This document shows, one piece after another, positions 56,124 through 64,000 of a stretch of 64,000 nucleotides of DNA. Origin of the DNA: an uncultured bacterium (GTDB taxonomy: Bacteria > CSSED10-310 > CAZUFC01); the NCBI GenBank assembly GCA_964619725.1, contig CAZUFC010000007.1:64664-128663 (forward strand). The letters are read 5' to 3'. Both the position numbers and the translations under genes were made by a program. The notes under the pieces were generated by a model that worked only from the letters and a program-made list of their open reading frames with translations, made no database searches and was not told the origin of the DNA. Every line of letters begins with the position of its first letter. Position 1 is the first letter of the stretch.

Positions 56124-59100
56124 CTAAAGCGACACCCGTCCTTTTTCAAACTCCTCAAGCCTGGATTCATATTGCTTGATGGCGTTTTCATCCGCATCTT
56201 CCATCGCGTTTTTCAATGTTTCCGCAGCTTTTTCCTTTTCACCCAGCAAATACTGCAGAACCGCCAGCGTATCTATATTCATGTAATCAGGCCTGGCTTC
56301 CACCGATTCTTCCGCCCATTCCAGCGCCGTTTTTAACTCTTCTCCGCTTACCGCCTTTTTCCAGGCCATACTGTTGAGAATATCGGCCAGGGCTTCAGCC
56401 GCCCCCTGGTGATCCGGCAATTTTTTGTGAATTTTCCGGTAAATTTTTAATGCGTCATTATCTTTACCTTCGGCGCTCTTTTCTTCGGCATCCTGTAACT
56501 TTTCATATATCTCAGCATGAGTCGAAGCATTAAAGGTATTTTTGCTTTCAGCCCACCATTCATACCATTCTTCCTTGCCGCTGATATCGCCTTTCCCTGT
56601 ATAGTCTTTCAGAAACTCCGTCACCCATTGATTCCTTAACCTGTCGTTGGGCCAATCCAGCAAATCGAAAAGCACGGTTATGGCCGATTTCCTGTCGTGC
56701 TCTAAAAGGAGCGCCCTGGCCGCCAGACAACGCACGAATTCCGATTCATCCTTCAAAGCTTCCCTCAGCGGATCAATCGCCTTCTTCAGTTCCAGCTTGC
56801 CTAATGCCCTGGCAGCGTATGCCCTGACCTGAAACGCCTCATCATTTTTCAGTGCATTCAGAAGCGGCGTATAGGTCTTTTTACTTTCCAGATCGGCCAA
56901 TCCTATCGCAGCGCGTCTTCGCACGCGCCATTCCTCATCCTTCAGCGCTTCAACCAGCGTACCGGCCGTTTTCTTCCGTTGCGACGAGCCTAAAGCCAGG
57001 CAGGCCATACCCCGGACTTCCTCTGAAGGATCATCCAGCGCCAGATTCTCCGCTTTCTTCAGAAGCGCCTTATTGTCCGCTTCCAACCTCTTCATAGCCT
57101 GCAACAGCAGCAACCGCATATCATAATCTTCTGCTTCCAGGAAGGGGCTTAATTCCGATATGTTTTTTTCATTCAGGGTTTCCTCTATCAGCATAATTTG
57201 AACCAGGTCGACGAGATGTCTTCTCATCGTCCGGGTTCCTGATTGCGCCGTAATATTCATGGCGGTGAACAGATTCTCCTTGTGCGCTTTATCGGGGTCC
57301 AGGGCCGATACTCGAAACAACGGCGACGGAAAGTTCAATATTTCAATGATCTTTTGAATTTCAGGGTCCCCGGAGGAAATCAGGCGCTCTTTTTCCTCGC
57401 TGTCGGTTTCGGGCGTCCACCATTGACAATAATGCGGTTCAGCCTTTTCCCAATCGGCATCCTGCCCATAACCGTAGGTACCTTCTCGCCATATGGAGTT
57501 GTTGGAATATTTTTCCTGGGGGTAGATATCGTTGCCGAGAGAATCGAGGAAGAAACCTGTGGAATAAGCTTCATCGCCGAATGAATAGTCGGCTTTTCCG
57601 TAGTTGTTTTTGGTTCCGGCATAGAAATCATCACCTTCAGCATCGTAAAAGATGCCGCATCCCTTGGGTTTATGACCGAATCCAATGCCGCCTGTAGTTC
57701 TGTAAATATCGTCTCCGTAAAAATCGACGAAGACGCCGGAACATCTGTCCAGACTGTATCCGTTGTTGCCGTAAATGCCGTTATGCATATCATCGCCCGA
57801 TATGTCGACAGCAACGCCGGCGCTCAGATGCACGCCCACTCCCCGGCAATAACGGTCGCAATTGTAGGTGTCGTTTCCTTCAGAATCGATCAGCATGCCC
57901 AGAGCGAATATATAACTGCTTCCCTGCCCGATGATGTACGCTTTGTATGTGTCGTTGCCGCCGGCTTCACTCAACACGCCAATTCCGCCGTAAACGGTAA
58001 CCTTGCCCGAAGGAGGCCAGGGTCTCATGCCGCTGGCCGCTCCCTGCGAACATGATGCATCATAATTGGAATAAAACCCGTATTTCCCGCCGGCACGGTA
58101 CATATCGTCTCCGTCCGATTCAGCCATAACGGCAGTACCAAGTGTGGAAGCGCATCCCTGGCCCATTGACGCACATCGATAAGAATCGCGTCCGTTTCTT
58201 TCCGAAAAAATGCTGTACCCGAAAATGGCGAAACATTGAACGCCCAGGTCCCCGATATAAGTATCATCGCCGCCGCCTTCATAGAAAAGCGACGTCCCGC
58301 ATAATGCCGCTCCCTGTGAATAATGCCCTGAAATGTAAACGTCGTCGCCCGACAGGTCCATGAAAAGCGAAACGCCCGCTACAGCGCATCCCTGGGCGAA
58401 ACCGTCGCTTCGGTAAGTATCATTGCCGCCCAGGTCTATATGAACCGCCACACCGTACCCGTTGAGAGACGTAGCCGCCGTATGGTTCAAATACCGGTCG
58501 TCGCCTCCCAGGTCCAGAATCAATGCGTAATCATGCACGTAAGTGTTATCCCCTGTTCCCCCTACTACGATCCTTCCTAAACGTGTATCCATTTCAAAAA
58601 CGAAATCCTCGTCGAATTCCGACAGATCATTTATCAGAAATTCTTCTAATTTACGACGCGACTCATCCTCTGCTTCTGCCGTCACCTTGCCCGCAACCGT
58701 CAATTCCTCGAAATTAACCTTGGCCAGAAGTTTAATAAGTTCAAAACACTCCTCCGTATCGTCGGTATAACCTCGAATCGATTCGCCATGCTCCGTCTGC
58801 CGCACGAAATACCCCGGCAGAAGTTCGGCTGTCCTTTTCCTTTCATCCAGGCTGAGACCGGAAAAAGCCGCATCCCGCAGCGCGGACGTATGCATCATCG
58901 CTTTCAGCAATTCGCTCATTATGCCGGTCAATTCCTCTGGCAAACCTGCCCCTTTCATTTCAAGCTCAATCGTTGCAAGTTCAGGAAACTCTTCTTCGAA
59001 TGCAACTGAAAAATCGGGAATCTCATTCGTCTCTTCCGAAATTCCGTATGCAGCATTGAACAAGGCAAGCAATTCACCGCCGGCTTCCTGTATCCTTTCA

Positions 59101-59396
59101 TCTGCCCATACGGCTATTTCCGGCAAATCCAGGGGCTGCCGCAATCCGGTATCGATCAGCGGCATACGTCCGATCGTGCTGTAAGGAACTTCATACCACT
59201 TGGGCGCCTCGATATCCAAAGGCGTCCTTCCCTGTTCGGCAAGTTCGGATTCAAACTTCAAGCGCGCCTTTTTCCACCAAAGCTTCCATTCCTGCTCAGG
59301 ACCGTCGTCTACTTCGCAGAATGCCTGGGAACAGAGAAAACAGACCGTCAAAACCAGGCTGACAGACATCGATAACGATTCCCATATCTTTTTCAT
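56124..59396 (-). CDS. Large exported protein with Gly/Asp DxxG(D/N)DxY repeats, HEAT repeats and C-terminal TPR
   Basis: Signal-peptide-like N-terminus, about a dozen D/ExxG(D/N)DxY units, and HEAT units such as ALKDEEWRVRRRAAIGL. Confidence 0.8.
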   Translation of the reverse strand: MKKIWESLSMSVSLVLTVCFLCSQAFCEVDDGPEQEWKLWWKKARLKFESELAEQGRTPLDIEAPKWYEVPYSTIGRMPLIDTGLRQPLDLPEIAVWADERIQEAGGELLALFNAAYGISEETNEIPDFSVAFEEEFPELATIELEMKGAGLPEELTGIMSELLKAMMHTSALRDAAFSGLSLDERKRTAELLPGYFVRQTEHGESIRGYTDDTEECFELIKLLAKVNFEELTVAGKVTAEAEDESRRKLEEFLINDLSEFDEDFVFEMDTRLGRIVVGGTGDNTYVHDYALILDLGGDDRYLNHTAATSLNGYGVAVHIDLGGNDTYRSDGFAQGCAVAGVSLFMDLSGDDVYISGHYSQGAALCGTSLFYEGGGDDTYIGDLGVQCFAIFGYSIFSERNGRDSYRCASMGQGCASTLGTAVMAESDGDDMYRAGGKYGFYSNYDASCSQGAASGMRPWPPSGKVTVYGGIGVLSEAGGNDTYKAYIIGQGSSYIFALGMLIDSEGNDTYNCDRYCRGVGVHLSAGVAVDISGDDMHNGIYGNNGYSLDRCSGVFVDFYGDDIYRTTGGIGFGHKPKGCGIFYDAEGDDFYAGTKNNYGKADYSFGDEAYSTGFFLDSLGNDIYPQEKYSNNSIWREGTYGYGQDADWEKAEPHYCQWWTPETDSEEKERLISSGDPEIQKIIEILNFPSPLFRVSALDPDKAHKENLFTAMNITAQSGTRTMRRHLVDLVQIMLIEETLNEKNISELSPFLEAEDYDMRLLLLQAMKRLEADNKALLKKAENLALDDPSEEVRGMACLALGSSQRKKTAGTLVEALKDEEWRVRRRAAIGLADLESKKTYTPLLNALKNDEAFQVRAYAARALGKLELKKAIDPLREALKDESEFVRCLAARALLLEHDRKSAITVLFDLLDWPNDRLRNQWVTEFLKDYTGKGDISGKEEWYEWWAESKNTFNASTHAEIYEKLQDAEEKSAEGKDNDALKIYRKIHKKLPDHQGAAEALADILNSMAWKKAVSGEELKTALEWAEESVEARPDYMNIDTLAVLQYLLGEKEKAAETLKNAMEDADENAIKQYESRLEEFEKGRVSL

Positions 59397-59799
59397 ATTT
59401 TGACCTCTCGTTGACTTTCGTTTTGTTTCCGGGTTTCATGGTTCTCCTATGAAAGCATAATGCCGGGGAGTATTGCAACTTTTAACGGAAGCGGACCCGG
59501 CGACTAACCTGAAATAGCAAAGAAAACAGGTTTTATAAATAAAAGGGTTTCATATCATCAAAATGTCCGGCTTGTGCGTCGGGACCCCTGCGTCGGATAT
59601 TAGGCAAAAATGGGAGAAATAAGCCGCCATAGTATGTCAGGAAAATATTCCCCGCAAGATGGAAGTTTTTTTCGACGTCGTGCTCTGGCGCGACTTTCTG
59701 GAAATTCCATATCCGACCAATTGGGAGTTTAAAGTGTGTTGCACAGCAGCTTTTTCTGCACCGGTTCTTTGCTGAAATAAATATAAGGATAAACTTTAT

Positions 59800-60105
59800 T
59801 TCATTGCTGATTAATGGACTCTGGGAGCTGCCCTGGATCGTTCCTTCGGTCGTGAATTCTATTAGTCCGTCTTCCATAACCCCGCTTCTAAAAATGTTTT
59901 CGATGATTCGCAAGATGTTTTTGTCTTCCATGTAATTCTTCAGTCTGTGCATAAGCCTGTCTTGATTGACTAGATTAAAGAATTTCGACAGATCGATGTC
60001 CACCGCATATTCTCTGCCGCTAGACACGATACGTCGGGCAACTTGAACGAATGGCGGATTGCGCTCGAAGTGGATATAAGCGTTTTTTTCCGCTAATTCT
60101 TTCAC
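59800..60105 (-). pseudogene. Group II intron reverse transcriptase remnant
   Basis: VDIDLSKFF..VNQDRLM and GTIQGSSQSPLISN (degenerate G.PQGGPLSP.LSN). No YADD; similarity is lost after that point. Confidence 0.8.
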
Positions 60106-60243
60106 ATTGACTTATTTTTCTTTTTTTGTCATATTTCTCCTCATCGACAAGTGAAGAATTCTTAACTTGTCGATGAGGAGAAATGGAATTAAACACCCTT
60201 TCAACATTCTTAAGATCATTTAAAAAGAGAGAGGAAGTCAGGA

Positions 60244-60525
60244 ATGAATTTGCATTTCCTACCACCCAACACAGCGAAGGCAATCGGAATCTCACTAGCG
60301 TTTGGGATTGTCGGTCTAGTAGTCGGCTACGGGATATTTGGTCAAATTAACGGCAACTATGTCAGCATTGGGGAAATATTTTCGACGAAATCAGGTCTTC
60401 TGGACAATTTCGTGAGTTACGCAGTCGGGTTGAACGACATGCGAATCAAAATACTCGGATGCGGTGTCGGCGGAGCAACACTTGGGCTGTTCCTCGGCGC
60501 ATACATTGGAAAAAAGGAATTATGA
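60244..60525 (+). CDS. Small membrane protein, hypothetical
   Basis: Two hydrophobic segments and a GAGG RBS. Confidence 0.65.
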   Translation: MNLHFLPPNTAKAIGISLAFGIVGLVVGYGIFGQINGNYVSIGEIFSTKSGLLDNFVSYAVGLNDMRIKILGCGVGGATLGLFLGAYIGKKEL

Positions 60526-60531
60526 TCGAAT

Positions 60532-60605
60532 TGACAACAAGCGCTAGAGCGCTGTTCCGGCTGCGCGAACGCTTCACCGGTGAGGCTCATGCACGAAAGT
60601 AGAGC
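60532..60605 (+). other. Degenerate attC-like palindrome
   Basis: ..CAAC AAGCGC TAGAGC ... GCTCATGC ACG .. GTAGAGC with an inner CCGG/CCGG stem, between two small co-oriented genes. Confidence 0.4.
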
Positions 60606-60623
60606 AAAAGGGAGAAATGGGAT

Positions 60624-60977
60624 ATGTTTAATTTTGAAAGATTAAAAGCAAATCTGTACGTGTTTGTAGTGGTTATTCCTGCGATCTTGCCGATATTACT
60701 CTCTTGGGTATATGGCGCTTATCGAGAGCATAAAGGCATGAAAAAGCCATGGTATTTTTCAATAACTATAACGACATTAATGATAGCTTCTCTTTTGTTC
60801 GGATGGTTTACGGCTGAAATATTCGAAGAAAACACAATTACTATTCAATTGTATATTATTACAATATTATTTATAATTGTTATTTCAAAATTCGTATATA
60901 GTTTGTGGAAATTCAGCCGCAATTCCGGTGACATCGATTTTCAGACATCGTTAAACGGCAAGTCGAAAAAATCTTAA
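60624..60977 (+). CDS. Small AT-rich membrane protein, hypothetical
   Basis: Three hydrophobic segments and a GGGAG RBS. Confidence 0.65.
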   Translation: MFNFERLKANLYVFVVVIPAILPILLSWVYGAYREHKGMKKPWYFSITITTLMIASLLFGWFTAEIFEENTITIQLYIITILFIIVISKFVYSLWKFSRNSGDIDFQTSLNGKSKKS

Positions 60978-61385
60978 AATTTTTGCAAAAAAAATCACCA
61001 AGCTTCAAGGAAATCCGCTGATTTACCGAACAGAAAATGGACGTGAGAACCGCTGAAAGTCCCAAAATCGGTGAGGTGAAGTGGGGGATGGCGATGGAGA
61101 TTTCAACTCATCCCTGACCTCCTCTCCCTTTTTAACTGATGTTAAGAGGATTGAAAAGGGAGTGTTCCTCGGATTTCTTTGTTTATAGACCTGGCATTTC
61201 ATATCTTCGCTTAGGGCAAAATATATGCCTGTCGGTGAAAATTTCTTGAAAACGTATTTAACAGTTTTCATAAGACGGGGAAAACAGTTTTTCAGGCACA
61301 AAAAACGATACGTCGGCGCCGGTTATCCTGGAGCGATTTAAAATATTTCATGCAGGATCAGGCATCAGGCATCAAGCATTCCGAA

Positions 61386-63740
61386 TCACCGTTGCCCCCT
61401 CAAAAGCGCCAATCCGAAGAGCAGGACGACGAGCCCCAGGGAACATGTACCGCAGGCAGGAACGGCAGGCCCTGTGAATGTTCGGGTCGGCGTGGACGTT
61501 GGAACAACGGTAGGCGTTTCTGTGGGTGTGGATGTTGGATTGACCGTAGAAGTTTCAGTCGGCGTGGAAGTGCGCGTGGGCGTTTTTGTTGCGATAACAC
61601 ACGGAGGATCAACGTCTCCTGCAGTGACGCCGGGGTTGTTTTGAACTCTGAAGTCCGCTGAACAGTCGTCGGTATCAATATGCGCGAGATATCTTTCCAG
61701 CGAATCGCCTGAGTTGCCTGCCACGCCGGGATGAGGGATCACGTCCGGCCAGGCCCCTCCTTCATAAACCACGACATCGACGGCTTCATCGTTCGCATCG
61801 AGCAGGATCGCTTCGTCGCCTGTATTGCTTAGTCCGATACTCCCTGATGCCCATTGGGAATACTTTATCATATCGGGAATGCCGGCATCGGAATCAGTGA
61901 ACTCGTAATGAGGAGCGAAACCGAACCTGGTTTGGAAAGCCTGTCCGTCCACGGCCAGGACGATAACGCCGCATCCTTCTATGACCGAATCTTCTGGGAA
62001 AAAATACATCCCTTCGCCCTGCCCTTCTTCTTCCTCATCGCCGACTTTATAACCGTTCAAAGAAACAGTAAGCTGCGAGGGATTGTATATCTCCACGAAT
62101 TCGGCATCATCAGGACCGTCATCGTCGTAAAAGACTTCACTGATCAAAAGATGCTCCGAAGGCGTATAAGAGGTCGTCGGAGTGGGCGTCGGCGTGGATG
62201 AAAAAATCGGAGTGGCCGTGGGAGTCGAAGTCGGCGTCAATGTGGCCGCAGAACCCGGCATTGACTGGACCGGCCCGTAAAACAGAGGAACGGATTCGTT
62301 GCCGTGAGTATCGACGGCCACGATGGCTGTCCAGAGATTGACGTTATCGGGAAGGATTTCTCCTTCATGATAAGTATTCAGAACTATCTGCCCGGTCAAC
62401 CTGTTCGAAATTTTCAATTCCGGCCTCAACCACGGGTCCTCGTCCGCTGAACCGTCCGAATCGTCGTCATAACCGCCGAAACCATCAATATCGCCTACCG
62501 GGTCTTCGTCAAACAAAACGTCTCCGTCGTTGTCGATTCCGTCGCCTAAATCATAATGAGAATCCAATACATGCTCCTCAACGAATATGTAATAATGAGA
62601 AAAATCACCAGGATCAGGTGCCGGCGTCCATTCCAGAAGCAACTGATGACCGACTCCGGGTACGTCCGAAACCGTGAATCCGGACGGCGAATAAGGCGGG
62701 GTCGTCTCAAACGTATTGTGATAACCCTGGGAACTCATTAAACCCATCAATCTTCTATATTCAGCGCAAAACCGTCTCGCCATACGGAAATCATGCACGA
62801 AGACCATGTTCTCATCATTCGTATCCGAGGCCGAATCGGTATGATTGGCTGAACCGAATATCGTCAACTCCTGATCGATAATGAAAACCTTGTGATGCAT
62901 GATATTGGAAAACACCGCATCGGCATCACGGGCATCATGGTCCTGGTAAAGCATCGAAGCAAATCCGCTGTCGTAATAAAGTCCCTCGACAAGCGCAGTA
63001 TTGTTGTTGATGACCGCATCACGGAGTTCGTCATGTTCAAAGATGTTGGACATATAAAACACGCTTTCCTGGGCGCTCTGAACTTCAGGAGAAAGCTCGT
63101 CCGATACCGGATCATCCTCAGGCGAAAAATAGACCTGGACCAGATTCCCCTCCACCAGGTAATTATTCGTATCAGAACTGCCGCCGCCGAATACTCCGCC
63201 CCACATCTCATCAAATTCATTGCTATAGGCGGATGCTATGCCGTCATCGTAAAAAATCACCATCGCATTAGGCTGACAGGAATATCCGCCCGACGTCCAG
63301 TTCATCGATCCCGTCATCACACGCGAGCCCGTCGATTCGCCGTCCAAAACTACGAATTTATTATGCATCAGAGGATATCCGGCAGTCCCGTCCAGCAGCT
63401 TCTGAATGTTCGCCGAAAAATTCGGATCGAATCCGTTTTGCTCCTCACCGACCGCCTTCACCGGCATGCCGCCGTCAGCAGCAGGATTCAATCCCTCCGT
63501 CACCGGCTCATTATTGCCGCTGCCCCACGTGTACCCCGCTATCTTGATGTCATTCTCCGCCGTGGAAATGAACTCCGCAAGATACGTCTCCACGTCGCAA
63601 CTCGGCAGAAAAACATCATTTCCCCTGGAGAAAACGACGCGCCACCAGTTTTCGGCGTAAGTAATGCCTGAAAACCCTTGAATCAATACAAAAACAACAA
63701 TCATAACGAAAAATCGTCCAATATTTTTCTTCACCGTCAA
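61386..63740 (-). CDS. Secreted phospholipase D/nuclease-family protein with lamin-tail domain and C-terminal membrane anchor
   Basis: Signal peptide, two HxKxxxxD motifs (HNKFVVLD, HHKVFIID), ISEVFYD..EFVEIYN and LSNTGD lamin-tail motifs, PT linkers, and VPA + TM + basic tail. Confidence 0.88.
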   Translation of the reverse strand: MTVKKNIGRFFVMIVVFVLIQGFSGITYAENWWRVVFSRGNDVFLPSCDVETYLAEFISTAENDIKIAGYTWGSGNNEPVTEGLNPAADGGMPVKAVGEEQNGFDPNFSANIQKLLDGTAGYPLMHNKFVVLDGESTGSRVMTGSMNWTSGGYSCQPNAMVIFYDDGIASAYSNEFDEMWGGVFGGGSSDTNNYLVEGNLVQVYFSPEDDPVSDELSPEVQSAQESVFYMSNIFEHDELRDAVINNNTALVEGLYYDSGFASMLYQDHDARDADAVFSNIMHHKVFIIDQELTIFGSANHTDSASDTNDENMVFVHDFRMARRFCAEYRRLMGLMSSQGYHNTFETTPPYSPSGFTVSDVPGVGHQLLLEWTPAPDPGDFSHYYIFVEEHVLDSHYDLGDGIDNDGDVLFDEDPVGDIDGFGGYDDDSDGSADEDPWLRPELKISNRLTGQIVLNTYHEGEILPDNVNLWTAIVAVDTHGNESVPLFYGPVQSMPGSAATLTPTSTPTATPIFSSTPTPTPTTSYTPSEHLLISEVFYDDDGPDDAEFVEIYNPSQLTVSLNGYKVGDEEEEGQGEGMYFFPEDSVIEGCGVIVLAVDGQAFQTRFGFAPHYEFTDSDAGIPDMIKYSQWASGSIGLSNTGDEAILLDANDEAVDVVVYEGGAWPDVIPHPGVAGNSGDSLERYLAHIDTDDCSADFRVQNNPGVTAGDVDPPCVIATKTPTRTSTPTETSTVNPTSTPTETPTVVPTSTPTRTFTGPAVPACGTCSLGLVVLLFGLALLRGQR

Positions 63741-64000
63741 AGCTCCTTCTAAAGACTGGAAAAGGTCCTGCTTTTCCTTTTATTATTATAACTTTAGTAA
63801 TCTTCTCAACCTTCTTTTCTTTTTATAAACGAAAACTGATTTTTGAAAATCCACCCAGGAGTATGCTGCATAATTTAATATCCGCCAAGATGACCGGATT
63901 TTCAACCCATAATTGATATTAATGAATGCGCCGGCCGTTTTCAAGCGGAGCTTTTTCCGCTGTGCAGGATTTTGGAGAAAAATTTTTCCAAGTATTCCAA

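Noticed and set aside
59447-59465. Minus-strand CGGCATTATGCTTTC as a sigma54 promoter for the HEAT gene
   Set aside because: The -12 element is TC rather than GC and there is no supporting activator box.
59533-60105. Functional RT system (retron, DGR or intact intron)
   Set aside because: Only a degenerate fragment without YADD; no intron domain V, msr-msd or TR/VR pair was found.
61357-61377. ATCAGGC ATCAGGC ATCAAGC heptamer repeat
   Set aside because: Only three units and a single occurrence; not enough to call an element.

Overview
Bacterial chromosomal window dominated by a flagellar locus and its presumed glycosylation genes. Left to right: the 3' part of a FleQ/FlrA-like sigma54 activator; a TPR protein; a methyltransferase; a 14-kb minus-strand cluster (4 GT4, 3 GT2, a B12-binding radical SAM enzyme, two half-GT-like proteins) headed by a MarR-type regulator; a 27-kb plus-strand flagellar cluster (flgBC fliEFGHIJ motE-like fliK flgD flgE motA motB motB fliL fliN fliPQR flhBAFG fliA fliM fliN-like); a nonulosonic-acid (pse/sps-like) operon; PilZ, DegT and rhomboid genes; a large HEAT-repeat protein; a group II intron RT remnant beside cassette-like small genes; and a secreted PLD/lamin-tail protein. 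The most notable observations are: (1) a tandem second MotB lacking the ion-binding Asp; (2) six copies of one ~110-aa domain appended to four glycan-modifying enzymes, including the radical SAM; (3) a modular ~150-160 bp non-coding repeat family with GGG..TGATCAAA ends and a variable ATCGNN hexamer array; (4) a readable regulatory layer of back-to-back sigma54 promoters, exact FleQ-like boxes, sigma28 promoters and a two-hairpin flgE leader; (5) three divergent FliN-like genes; (6) an attC-like hairpin next to a group IIC-like RT remnant. All calls come from reading motifs by eye; no database searches were run and the taxonomy is unknown.
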